Positions 32,275 to 45,339 are shown, numbered from the stretch's first letter. The stretch is DNA of 64,000 nucleotides from Haliotis rufescens (GCF_023055435.1 NW_025963779.1:85126001-85190000); one strand, 5' to 3'. Translations and numbers: made by a program. Notes: generated by a model from the sequence alone, not told the origin.

Positions 32275-32537
32275 TCACTTTTCAAACCATGTTTCCAATT
32301 TTGAACCTGACTCGATATCCCTGCCCGGTGGAGTTGTGTTTTCTAGGGCAGTTGTTCCACCTTCTTGCTGTATGTCATCACTATCATTACTGGCACAACT
32401 GTCCGAGTCAGATGGATCATCGCGATTGTCCTTGTCGATGTCTTCATCATTGTCTTCATCATTGTCATCACCATCCCTGCATTTCTCCAGGAAGTCCCCT
32501 TTCAGCTTTCCTTGTGCTTGCAGACGGAAGAAGGAAC
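32275..32537 (-). CDS. C9orf85: C9orf85 last coding exon (acidic)
   Basis: RSFFRLQAQGKLKG...DDNDEDNDED...WFEK*. Confidence 0.85.
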
Positions 32538-35312
32538 CTGAAACATATGGAACATCATGACATTGCTTCAATGGAAACTGTCAAATTTAAGAAATAACCA
32601 GCAATAAATTAAATAATAAGACACTTTGCACAATCTTATGAATGACCTTGACATTTGACATAAATCCCATTGACATCTGCAGTAAGGAATAACATGCATG
32701 CATTCAAACACCATGCTTAGTTTTTAATTAAAATACTAAAATATACCCAAATGGCTAACATTCACAAAAAATTGAAACTTGACCTTGAACTTTGTTCGAT
32801 CTTGACCAGAACTTTTCCAAAGCAGGACGCTACCCTCGAGAACAAATGTAAGTTTGGAAAAAGTGCAATCACAAACTTTTAAGTGACTATTTTACATATT
32901 GTGACCTTGATCTTCTCATGTCCAATGTGATTAAAGAATTCCCCAGTGTCATGGTATGATGTCCTCCAATGTCAATAATCTAACTAGAAGCCAAAAAAAG
33001 ATACCTGGCAATAAACAATATACACACTGAAATGTTGGCATCTGTGGGTCAACACACATGTACATGCTGACCATGCTCCCCACATGTGGAAATTGACATC
33101 CATGTGTTTACACCCGTGGAATTCTGTCCTGTGTGTCTACTGAATGTCTAACTACTGGTATGTGATCCTGCAGCAACACTTACGTCTCTGCCTCTCTGTC
33201 AGGTACTTGATCTCTTGTTCCAGTCGACTGTCTTCCACTGCCTGCTGCTCTGCAGTCAACCCTGGTCTGGAACACAACGCAGTATCATCAAGGACTTCAA
33301 GAGGTCACACACCCATGAAGATCCGGGGTAGAAAAGGTCTTCAGCAACCCATGCTTGCTGTAAAAGGCAACTGTGCTTGTCGTAAGAGGCGACTAACGGG
33401 ATCGGTTGGTCAGGCTCACTGACTTGGTTGATGCATGTCATCGTATCCCAATTACGTAACAGCACCGGACAACCGTCTCGTATTGTAAATACTCAGAGTC
33501 AGATGATGGCTTGTTTTTAAGATAAAGTTGTCTTTTAGCCTATAAGTGAATGAGATGTTTTACAGTTGTTCATGTGATTGGCGAGAAAACTATGAATATT
33601 TCTTCAGCGTCTGAAAACCCATAACATGGGGATATATGTTGTATTAATGTCTTTGCAATGGAGTTTTGTTTTTTTCATCAAAAGGTAAGTACAAAGTAAG
33701 TTTTTTTCAATATGCTTCAACATGGGGAAAGGGTCAGACACTGCACGCTTGTGACAGTTGTCCTTGTGTCTGGGGGATGGGGGTTGAAATTTATGGCAAT
33801 ACTGCTCCCAGACCTGGTGGGTAGCCGGGTGCGTGGAAGCCCGAAGTGATGCAGGTCTCAGACGTTTACCACTTCGGTGAAACCCACAAGCAAGGGTATG
33901 GCGCTGACAAACCTAGAAACATAATCAGAATGAACCGGGATTCGAACCCACAATCAATTTTTCTGGTGTGCCCAAGAGACGCAACTCTGCACAGCGAATC
34001 ACGGCACCTAAACAACTGGGCAACCCGTGCCCCCAAGAAACAAATGAACTCATGATTCTGAAAACAAGAGTTTCAAATGACATCTGGCGAAGATGACAGG
34101 TTCCACAAAGTGATCTCAGCACTATGACTAGCATAGGTCATAGCTACTGTCAAACGATGGCTTTGTGAACCCTGCATAAGGTTTGTGAATGTCATGACAC
34201 ATTAAATAATAACGCCATGAAAGCTTAACTTTGGGTCTTATTTGGTGATGAACACTAATTATTACAGTAATTAGTTAAACTTTATTCTGTGATACTGTCA
34301 CATGTCCCGTAATAACCTTTTGTCAATATATCAGAATTCTCTGTGGAGAATCACTGACTTGTTACAACCCCTGTGAACTTACTGCTCAACAATGTCCTTC
34401 TTCTCTCCACATTTACAGCAGATTTCGCTGGCTTGTCCACAGGGCAAACAGATATTATAGTACGCTTTCTTCACTGTCTTCTCACTGCATTTAATGCTGA
34501 ATGAAAACAGAAAATACATAAACACACAGTATCTAGTAACAAACAGCAACAAGACAATTGTATATATGACCTCACCCAAACCTGATACTGTGAATTCCTC
34601 ATAGTCTTGTTATTTGCAGACTTAAGGCGTTTCCATTAGTTGGTATACACACACTAGGACCCATAACCCAAACTGACCACATGACCTGAACATTTCTCAC
34701 TGACAGACCCTCCTGATTCACATGCAGGAGACACTGTCTCTATGATGTCACACATCGAGACCATTGGCTGAAGAGTCAAATTCCCTGCCAATCTTCCCTC
34801 GAACAACATATGTTACAGATTGTTCTGGTCAATATGCCAAGAGGCATAATAAAAGCTTGATTTGGGGTTAATTTCTCCCAAATAACTCAAAATATAAACA
34901 TTTCCTTTTTACTTTTGCAAAATTTGCCAAAACAAAATAAATTGGTAAATTAGGTACACTGTACTCTACAGGTCACCATGAACATGATGAAATGATAAAC
35001 GTTTAAAAAAACTCAGTTAAAAACAATATGTTTAGTGAGTGAGTATTATGCCACTTTAGAACAATGTTTCAGTTAAATCACTACATGTCAGCGTACTCCA
35101 TACCATTTCTTGGGAACGGTGAGTGGCTTGTATTTTCCGTATTTTATTTTCCACTCAATCTTTTCTTTGCAACGTTGACACAAGCTTGGGAGTTCTGTTT
35201 GATTGATGGTAGCAATCTTCTTGGATTTGTTATACATGTCATTTCTGAAGACAGATGTATTTGCATGTTTCTGCTTGCGAGATTTGTTCACATTTCCTTT
35301 TTGGCTGCTCAT
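32275..35312 (-). CDS. C9orf85: C9orf85 homolog (DUF2039 Cys-rich protein), 4 coding exons, 222 aa
   Basis: complement(join(32275-32537,33184-33266,34383-34496,35104-35312)), 669 nt, GT-AG introns. MSSQKGNV..QKH.N..F.ND..CQRCKEKIEWKIKYGKYKPL..PKKCIKC..KTVK.AYY.IC.PC....ICCKC, then an acidic tail. Confidence 0.92.
33184..33266 (-). CDS. C9orf85: C9orf85 coding exon 3
   Basis: PGLTAEQQAVEDSRLEQEIKYLTERQR, phase 2/1, donor gtaagt. Confidence 0.85.
33311..33460 (+). mobile_element. SINE family A, 5' part
   Basis: acccatgaagatccggggtagaaaaggtcttcagcaaccc... Confidence 0.85.
33833..34034 (-). mobile_element. SINE family C lacking its tail
   Basis: Reverse complement of the 3574-3780 region. Confidence 0.85.
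34383..34496 (-). CDS. C9orf85: C9orf85 coding exon 2
   Basis: CIKCSEKTVKKAYYNICLPCGQASEICCKCGEKKDIVE. Confidence 0.93.
35104..35312 (-). CDS. C9orf85: C9orf85 first coding exon
   Basis: MSSQKGNVNKSRKQKH...YKPLTVPKK; acceptor at 35333, donor TG|gtatgg. Confidence 0.93.
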
Positions 35313-36142
35313 ATTTATGTTCTACACAGAGTCTGAAATGAGAACAAACATATAAACACAAAACAGATATATCCTAATGTCTTTGAGACGGATAACAATT
35401 CATAGCCTGATCCTAGATGAGTTTCAAAAGCTTTAAGATATTTACTGATTTGTATATCAGCAACTATGAAGTATAATATTCTCTGACATAGACCACAAAT
35501 AGTTTAAAGAAGAGTTTCACACAATATACTGTCTTGCATGTGTAGGAAGCCTCACTACAGACATAAATGGGCTTCCGGCACATGTATTGAAATTTCTTAA
35601 ATCTTCACTGACATTGTCTGTGGTTAGAAAGCACTAATGTTAGTTTTCTTCAGAAGCATTTGTTACCCCCCTTTTCATTAAGAGTGAACGAGTTGGGTTT
35701 ACAAAGGGTTTGAGCAGCTGACAAAGAGTTGAAATTAACCAGGGTGTATCAGGGTTTCCCACCCACACTCAAAAGATCCTAGAATGCCAAAGGGACACAT
35801 CTCTGTGGCCTCTCATTAATGACATTTGGAATTTATGACTGCTGGCTTAAAACCACATGATCATGATGACAACAAAAACAATTTGATTGTTATTCTGTAG
35901 GGCAAATATTGAACTTGTAGGACAGATATTAAATTTGCCAATCAAAACAAAATTGGATCTTTTACTCTGATTCCATGCATTTCTCTGCCAAGATCGGACA
36001 AACCTGGCGGGAGGTCATGTCGGATGAGCCCTGAGCAACCGCACGATCAAAAGAACAATGCATGGATTCTTGAGCCAAACAGATGACACCTTTAATAACT
36101 ACTTTGCTTAATTTCTTTATTACCTCCATTCAGTAATCTGAC

Positions 36143-36451
36143 TGGGGAATTTCTTTGGTTGCGACAGAGACCATTTACCGATCCGATCAGATTACCATAG
36201 ACCATATCGGTATATATGGTCGTTGGCTGCGATCAGATTACCAAAGACCATATCAGTATATGGTCTCTGTCGCAACCAAAGACCATATATACCGATATGG
36301 TCTATGGTAATCTGATCGCAGCAAACGACCATATAAACCAATATGGTCTCTGGTAGTCTGATCGCAACCAAAGACCATATATACTGATATGGTCTATGGT
36401 AATCTGATCGGATCGGTAAATGGTCTCTGTCGCAACCAAAGAAATTCCCCA
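36143..36451. mobile_element. Fold-back MITE-like palindrome with internal subrepeats
   Basis: tggggaatttctttggttgcgacagagaccatttaccgatccgatcag... is mirrored at the right end over >75 bp. No clear TSD. Confidence 0.8.
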
Positions 36452-36696
36452 AACAAAAGTTTCCTTCAACATGTTCACCCTTGTACCTGAGTTTGACATG
36501 GCTATTAGGATATTCTGTGACCAGTGCAAAAATCTAGAATGACCAGTTGTGATCGCAGGTGATACATGTATGATCCTAATATATACATATTTATTAAACA
36601 TCCTTATTTACTTAAATTGAATGACTAGCCCGCTATTTTATTTTATTTTGAATTGTACGTTGGTAGAAAATAACAAAAAAAATATTCGGAACTTAC

Positions 36697-37250
36697 CTAA
36701 TAGATCCCACCACCGAAATATTGAATGTTAGATATTATGTTATATGTTATGTAGACGTTGAATAGCCAAAATTAGTAAAATGTATTGCGCGACAACGTGT
36801 ACACTTATCAAAATAAACATCAACACAAACGAGCACTTGCAACATGTGGTGAAACGTAAAAGAGACAACCGGAAGTAGGATTGGAAACGGATGTGGTGTA
36901 CAGTAGAGGTACGGAGACAAGTGTAAATACTAACATGTCGTCGGTAGCGATTCCATCATTTTTATAACCCAATACATATTTTTAGTTTTGTCATACAGTG
37001 ATAATAAACAAAAAATATTTGATGTAATTTGACCGATCCTACAATCTTTCCGGAAGACGATTTTGTGCATGACGTCACCAGAAGGAGTCGTAAATGTTTT
37101 CCGACAGAACAAACAATATTGTCTAATGTTTTCGATAGAGAAGTCAGGACAAGCACATATCTACATGGTTGAAACTATCAGGGTTGTGTAGAACATTTCA
37201 TTTGAGCCTACCTCCCTTCTTCACTCTCAGTTTCCCGCGATTCTTCCATC
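36697..37250. promoter_or_regulatory. Bidirectional promoter and 5'UTR region of C9orf85 (-) and ABHD17 (+)
   Basis: Minus-strand donor AG|gtaagt at 36697 (non-coding exon 1). ETS sites ccggaagt ~36869 and ccggaag ~37050; CRE tgacgtca 37070-37077; locally CpG-richer. Confidence 0.7.
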
Positions 37251-37897
37251 ATGAACGGCTTGTCTCTCAGTGAGCTTTGTTGTCTTTTCTGTTGTCCGCC
37301 ATGTCCATCCCGAATTGCAGCTAAACTGGCATTCCTTCCTCCGGAGCCGACTTATTCCTTGGTTTCCGACGAAGCAGGGTCCAGGTACAGCCTACACCTC
37401 AAAGATCGGGCGGAATGGCAGTATACCCAGAGAGAACTAGACTGCATTGAAGTCTTTATGACACGAACCGCAAGAGGAAACCAAATCTCCTGTATGTTTG
37501 CTAGATGTTCCCCAAACGCACGCTTCACCATTCTGTTCAGCCATGGAAATGCTGTTGATCTTGGACAGATGAGTAGCTTTTATATTGGACTTGGCTCAAG
37601 AATCAATTGCAATATATTCAGCTTTGACTATTCTGGCTATGGTGTGAGCTCAGGAAAACCTTCAGAAAAAAATCTCTATGCAGACATAGATGCAGCCTGG
37701 CAGGCACTGCGGACAAGATATGGAATAAATCCCCAGAATGTCATCCTATATGGCCAGAGTATAGGAACTGTACCAACAGTCGACCTAGCTTCCAGATATG
37801 AAGTCGGTGCTGTCGTCCTTCACTCACCCCTGATGTCTGGAATGAGGGTTGCTTTCCCCGAAACCAAGAGAACCTGGTTCTTTGATGCCTTCCCCAG
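37251..37897 (+). CDS. ABHD17: ABHD17 coding exon 1
   Basis: [11 protein letters not shown]...WFFDAFP, donor AG|gtgtgc. Confidence 0.96.
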
Positions 37898-40800
37898 GTG
37901 TGCTTTATGTTCATATTATGTGAAGTCCATAAATTTTATCTAATCATTTAACGTCTGAAGACCCGGGTTAGAATGGGTCTTCAGCAACCCATGCTTGTTG
38001 TAAGAGACGACTATGCTTGTTGTAAGAGGACTAACAGGATTGTCATCCTATCCCAACTGTGTAGATGGATGTTCATGATGTCAATCATTGGATTATCAGG
38101 TCCGGACTTGATTATTTACAGACCGCCTTCACATAGCTGCAATATTGCTGTGTGCGGTGTTAAACAACAAACAAATGTAATTAGTTGTTTCATTGATGAT
38201 CTGTTACAAAATGAATCATAACATGTTATCATGGTCATGTCATTTTTGAAAATAAGTCTTATCAAGTCAACACAATTATTAATGTTTATTATTGACAATT
38301 TTTAAGTGTAAAAACCTCACCTGTCACTCTGTTTGAGCTGGCTGTTTGAGTTGACATAAGACAGCATTTAACAGTTGAGTTAAGTCCTTATTTTCACAAG
38401 AGAAATACAGTTAGTATATCCTTTTGTAGGTTTTTCATATTTTGATTACAACATGTTTGAGTTGTTTTATCATTGTTCAAAACATTTGACAAATCGTTCC
38501 TTACCTATCCTGCCTATGGCAGTTTTGATTCCATGCCAAATGCATGTCTTCTACATATTGCAAAGAAAGCAAAAAATTATATGAAAAGGTTAAGTTAAAG
38601 CTTCCCTTTATTCAAAATAAACCAAAATTTTAAAGGTTGCTCATAGATAATTTCATCCTATTTCCGAAATGGAAACAAAAAGGGTAACTCATCTTTATGA
38701 ATGTGACCTTTTAGGCTCAGGCATTCTCCCCCCATTTCTCCTGCCCCTTTTCTTAAGCCCTTGTTTTTTCTGTTTATGGTTGTTGTGTACTCTGACATGA
38801 TCCAGGGAGAATTTTTAGAAGTCTTTAGATAAATATTCCATGAATATCATAGAAATCATTTATGAAAATTTTGAACATTACTTTTACGGTATTTGCAAAT
38901 ATTCTATTGAATAAATTTGTTTGGGAAAAAATCATTGGTTAATACCATCATGACCACAGAATGTATAACATGATCTGGTAAAACTTTTGCCCTGCCTCAA
39001 ATTTAAAAAGAATCAATACCTCAGGGCTAGAAGTATTAAAAATGATTTATGTAATAGTACTAATACTTAGATATGATGTGGAACAACCAAGAGTTGCAAA
39101 TATGTATGTTTAGGGTTAGGATCAACAGCATTAGAAATTGGCACTACTCCTAATACTCCTATAGTCCTTGCCAAACTGTCCAAAAGTATCATAAGAACTT
39201 GTAGAAATTTGCACTGAAGAAGGTTTTTGCTATATATTATCATTATAAACATGATAAAGACTAGTGGACTTAAACAGTTAGTTTCTATTGCTGATCTACA
39301 TTTGAAGCAGGAGTTGCAGGCATTTTCCTCCATGATCTTTCTTGATGCAATTGATGTTAACTCAGTTAACTGCTGGAATAAAGGTCAAGGAGCAAATACC
39401 TCTGTGTGCATACCATGGTAAAATGGGTGGTTCAAACTGTCTACACCTATGTCACTGTGAGCTGAATCAAATTCAGTAATCATGAAAATAGCAGCTGGTT
39501 ATTCTCATAACTTGGTGCTACTCTGTCATGTCCATATCAAATGTGCAATATTGATTTCATCTCTTGCATATTGGCTATACAATACAAGTCTTGAGACTAA
39601 TCCCAATATGTTACTTTTTGGTGTCTATTCATTCCATTTTCTATTTTTGCACATGAAAATATTTCAAACTCACTCCCTATTTGAGAACATGCTGAAGGAT
39701 ATAATTACAAGTAATTCGTCACCAGCCTTGGCCATTAATCACGTTAATCATGCTAATTACCTTGACATAGCTCAGAGCCAATGCAAGGAGAACCATGAGC
39801 TTTAGTTGTTTTCAATGTTTATCAATGAGATCAGGTACTTTAATGTATGATTGTGTGGCAGGTACCGATATCAATTACAATACCTTTACCTCACAGATGT
39901 TTCTTGCATGCATAACATGTGGTAACTTGTTAATGCATAAATTATCACATGAAAGGTAGATTTGTGAATTATGCTTGGAATTTGACCAACTTTGTTTACT
40001 TTTACATACAATATATCTGACTTTAGTTTCCTCAAAGTGAACATCAGTTATGAATTTTAAATGCCTTCAAACAGTAGAAAGTGATATTACTTGAAACTCA
40101 TGAATCAGATCAGTAGTAGATGAATACCCACAGTGATATGCTAATATTGCTAAAATGGTGTAAAATTATACTCGCTCACTCCCTAAATCTCAAACTGACT
40201 TGATGTGGATCCTTGGTTTGTCAGCACCATATCCGTGGTCATGTTTTTCACCATGTGGTAAAGTGTCTACCTGCTGTATTTATTGTGTGATCTAACTGAA
40301 ATATGCTTCATCATGTTCAAAGAGGTTTTCAGCACAACTCACTAACTCGCTTTGGACAGTGTCACTATAAGTGGTTTGGTTTTGGGTAAGGGTTGGGGTT
40401 GTTTGTTGTTTAATGCCTCACTCAGCAAAATAAGTGGTTAGTAACCAGTTTATCTGCATTATTTCAGGGGAAACCAAACTGTTAACATCAGCCAAGTCCC
40501 AACACATTCCTTTCTGATGATGATGTAGGCTTGGTTGTCATGGTTATGTGTCACATGGTATGAGAAATATGTGTATGGAGTACTTTAATATTTCATTTAT
40601 GAAGGAACAAGACCCAGTCCTCTTTCAGATTTATTTGATGATGCTAGGTGGAAACAAATTCTTAAATGTTGCATAAGACGAGAGGGAAATCCCCTTGACT
40701 ATGTTCAGAATGGTGACGCACATGTTCAGAACAAACTCAATAGTTTTATTAACAAATGGGTAATCTGTGCTTTATGGAAATATTCAAAAAGCTAGAATCA

Positions 40801-41970
40801 GCAATTAACAGAATTAATATGATTATATCCAGTCACGGTCATAACTCTGTTGATGCATCTGTCTTTTGCATAGTTCAATATGTTCAAGGTCATGGCAGTT
40901 ATTGGATCCTACATTGGGTTTTTATTAGAATTGAGTATCGCTTGGTATCTTGCAATACGATTTGTATCACGATACAGATTGGCGATACTACAGGTATCAC
41001 AATACACCACTTCAAATAGTAAGAAATGATGAAATCATTGAAATACAGGTCTAAAACCTCTTTCTTCATACATTTATTTATTTATTTTATGGTTATCTCA
41101 AAATCTTTAAGTTTAACAATGAAAACCACAAGAGAAAAAAAAAAGTTTTTAATTATGGGATGGTTATTAAATGTACACTAATAGTTGGTGTGTCCTCAGT
41201 CACCATGTCCTTGTGTTCTGCCGTTCTTACAGGTGAAGCTATGCTACTTCTGTCATTAACGAATAGGTAACTCTATTAGATCCTGTTCTATTTATAGCTT
41301 ATTGCAATTTCACAAAATGACGATTCAAGTATTGTTTTCATAAGTATCAATGATATCGTATGTATCAGTGAATCGTTACAGCCTTAGTTTTTTATCATGT
41401 GTTCATGATCTAAGCCATCTGTATCATCAGCCTGGTAGTCTAGTGGTTAAATGTGTGAAGCCTATCCTCTGTGTGCCCTGTCATATTGCTGACATTGCTG
41501 CAAGTGGTGATGAAGTCTCCACACTACTTTCCTGATGCATACATAAATCAGGAAATCTCTCTCTGGTCCACAGATAATTTCAGTGTGCAGCATTACTGGA
41601 GTTTGAAGTCTTGGGACTTTCATACAAATAACCGTGTCTAGCCCAACGGTGTCATAATGGATATTGTCATGTCAGTGTAGCATTTTCATCCTTATCAGAC
41701 AAAAAAAGCAGTAATGGAATTTTGGCTCATCACCATTTTTTCTGTTTCAGCATTGACAAAGTTCCTAAAATCACATCCCCTGTGCTGGTGATTCATGGGA
41801 CGGAAGATGAAGTGATAGACTTTTCTCATGGACTTGCAATTTATGAGCGATGTCCTCGTACAGTAGAACCACTGTGGGTAGAGGGCGCTGGACACAATGA
41901 TGTGGAACTTTATGGACAGTATTTAGAGCGCTTAAAACAGTTCATCAACGTAGAGCTGGCTATCAATTGA
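37251..41970 (+). CDS. ABHD17: Alpha/beta hydrolase domain-containing protein 17 (depalmitoylase), join(37251-37897,41751-41970), 288 aa
   Basis: N-terminal [10 protein letters not shown] cluster, SHGNAVDLG, nucleophile GQSIG, acid HGTEDEV, base GAGHND; phase-2 GT-AG intron. Confidence 0.97.
37952..38174 (+). mobile_element. SINE family A with internal deletion
   Basis: ctgaagacccgggttagaatgggtcttcagcaaccc...ttaaacaacaaacaa. Confidence 0.88.
41751..41970 (+). CDS. ABHD17: ABHD17 coding exon 2
   Basis: tttcag| [22 protein letters not shown]...ELAIN*. Confidence 0.96.
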
Positions 41971-44583
41971 CTAGAGGAGGGCATTGAGGGAGCAACGGAA
42001 ACTGAGAATGATGTGGAGACACCCAACGAAGAACCTGAGGCAGTCTCAACCTCTCAGACTCAACACACACCCGAAGAGGTGGAGTTGAAGAACAACTCTG
42101 CTGTTGAACGGGTTGTCTGACAATACAGGGACTTAGGGACACAGTCCTGTCCATGACAGGTTCTCTCATCTACATGGGTTGCACTCCAAGCATCCACGTA
42201 TCATGGCTACAGTGAGTGATCTGACTCAGGAGGCTGCCGTTTTTCACTTCATTGGAACTGTCGACTACAGTGGTGTTTTGTCTAATACACAAGGATAACT
42301 TTCCTAGTAAATGTTTGAATCCTTTCAACTTCAGGCTGTTTGTAAATTCTTGAGATTACTATCAACTGCAGCAGTTCTTGATGTCATTTGAGAAATTACC
42401 TATGTTAAATGTCAGTTTTTGTGTTTAAATGTTCAAAATTTCTGGATACTACTGGAGTGCTCTGGGACTTTGGAATCTGTAAAGTTTCGAAATTCTGTTT
42501 GATGTTGAGAGTTTTTGGGGGATCCGAGTTATGTGAACGTTTCTACCACCACAATCCACATACACAACTGGATTTACCACCCTCCCCTTGTGTACCATGG
42601 ACTTCCCTATCAGTTTCCCCCTCTTTGCCCACAGGAAGAATACAGTCGAGATGATTGTATAGTAATAGCAAATGGTTCATTTGCTTGTGTACAGTCTGTA
42701 ATATATATATAATGTTGTGATCACTGTTATGTATGTGAGCAGATATGCCAAAACTTAAAATGGTGAAATATAATTTTTCATCTCTCTTTTGTTGAAACAT
42801 TTAACTATTAATGGTCTTTGCGGGATCACACTAGCCTGAGGAGGGCTAGCATGTCATCAATATGTTTGTTAGGATATATACTTTTTAGAGGATGATTTGT
42901 ATGTGGTTATTGTAAGAAGTTATTGATAATGTCATATGTTTGGTTTTCAGTTCAGGTTAATTTTTAAGTGGCATAGTATATATATATATAAGGTTTTTGT
43001 ATGTACCTAAAGTTAGCCTAAAACTCTTTGTTCATTATTGATGCCTTCATCACACATGCTGAGTCCCCAATGTCAGGCTAGGAACTTCTTTAATTATATG
43101 AAACTATTCCACTAGCACACACTGCTGAATGATGAATAATCACTCATATCTGTATAAGGACCAACAATTATATACATGATGTATGACCAGTGTTATCAAA
43201 AGGGCTGCTAGAACTTTTTGTGTGTATTATTCAAATGGCTGAACCACAAGCTCACCTTACAATATACTTCTGTCATAGCTCATGTAGACTGTATTTCATG
43301 CCCTTCAATCTACCGAAATACTGTGGTTTACAGACTATTTAGCATTGAACTTTCTTACAAAATAGGTTTCGTTTATTTCAATTTTAATTTCCGATTTTAT
43401 GTAGGAGTTGAGGACATTGTCTCAGCTGATAAAATCATATGAGCATGAGTCGCTAGCTTCCTTTTATGTAATCACTGCTTTAGCATGTTCAATATCACAC
43501 CTATGTATCGCAGTGCTTCAAATGTGTAGAAAATGTTTCATGATAATGAGTCATGATAAGGGAATAGAATCAGTATTTCCGTATTTATCACTGTCAACAT
43601 GGTTAAGGACAAAAATATTTTAGGTGCCAATTTCTCATAAGCTAGGGTTCATGAATATGTTGTATGGCCATATAGACAATGTACAAATAATACAACTTGT
43701 AGGATAGTGCATATGACAGATGGAAAGAGTATTCAAACCTCCATTACCTTGAGGTGAAGGATGTAAGAATGATGATGATGAAAGGTCAAGATGATCATGA
43801 TGGTTCAACAGCAGGCTGTTCAATGTCGGCCAACATGGACTAGCTTGTAAAGTTGCCCCCCTTCCCTATGTCATCAGTTGATCTGTTGAACAAGTGGTGG
43901 AGTGGTTTTAATCATGCTAATACTGTTCATTGTGCATTTGTTTTCCTTCACCATCTTCACAAAAGTATCATGGTTATGAAATCATTTTGGGATTATTGAT
44001 AAGCAAGGCAATATTAGGTGAATTTTAGGAAGTAGAATTTGTTTCATGGAATTATCAGATAGAGCGTCAGTTGTTTATGAAGATATCTGTCAGCAAATAT
44101 GTTGTATTTTATGGGTTGGTAATTAGTTGTCACATTAAATATGAATATTCAAGGGCAAGTCAGAGAAGAACTTGCAATTTGAGGTCTCTTCCCTATGAAA
44201 GTTTGACCAGCAGTGCACTGTACCATGACGCCTAACCCTAACAGTAGCTGACTCTACTGGGACATGACAGGTACACCCAGTGAACAACCGGAGGAAACTT
44301 ATGTTATATATCTGAACAAAATACCGCCAACTCTGTACTTACCTATGTTTATGAAATACTGTTTTGTTTTATATAACATTTATATGTCTTCGCAATCTGT
44401 GTTATTATTGTCATCTATCTAGCATGTCTGTAGTATTTTAATTCCAACTTTGCCTGTCTTTATTTCACTTGACCAAGGAGTGATGGTATTACGATACTGC
44501 CTTTATGGTGATGGTCAGCACAGGGACTAATATCATCAGCAGCACACCAGGGAAACTTGATTGGGGAAACTCAGTAACTCAGC

Positions 44584-45013
44584 ATTTGTGACCCACCAGG
44601 AGAAAAGGGACCTTATGGGTGCTAGGATACAATTGTGCTGTGACTTCATTAAGAAAGACATTTGATGTCAACTTCCTTCTGTAAAAATAGCCTTGTTTGT
44701 GGACAGTAAAAAATATCATTTTTTTCTCTTATTAGTTCGTAGTTTTTTTCAAAACATTTCTGCATATATATCTACTTTTAACTAATCAGACATTACATCT
44801 AAGATTCAGTTATTACATTAACGGTCATGAGTCTGAAAATGGGACTTGTGCCAATGTTTAGTGACATGTATCTCTGTGATAAATATTGAAGAATTGAAGC
44901 TTATCAATTGTATTCTCTTGGTCCTAAAATACAGTAGTTATAATAAGTAAAAATAATAAGTCAAATGCGATTTTTCACCCATAAGGTCCCTTATCTCATG
45001 GTTGGTCACATAT
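44584..45013. mobile_element. MITE with ~37-bp TIRs
   Basis: atttgtgacccaccaggagaaaagggaccttatgggtg ... cacccataaggtcccttatctcatggttggtcacatat. Confidence 0.8.
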
Positions 45014-45339
45014 GTGAATAGGTAGGACTGTGTGGACAAGATGCATGTTCTGAAATCATGTTACCAGTCATCTGCAGCACCACAGTTTCAATTCCCAGAT
45101 TTGGCCAGAATATGATCCCTGTTATTAAGATAATTGCATAACTTGATCCGTTTGATCCCGTCAGACCCATTTATGCTTAAATGGGCTGATATGTCAAAAC
45201 ATGAACATGATGTTTCCGAACCTGCACTGTTCAGTAGTCTGTTCGGCTCTAAATAAGTTAAGGAACACCCATTTTTTTCCATTTTTACTATAGTTAACCT
45301 GTCATATGAAAAAAGGGTGTACTTTAAATTCTTTTGACA

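Noticed and set aside
40925-41386. Possible hAT-like MITE with gatac/gtatc subrepeats; also a Helentron-like remnant at ~32640-32960
   Set aside because: Too degenerate to define ends or a TSD.
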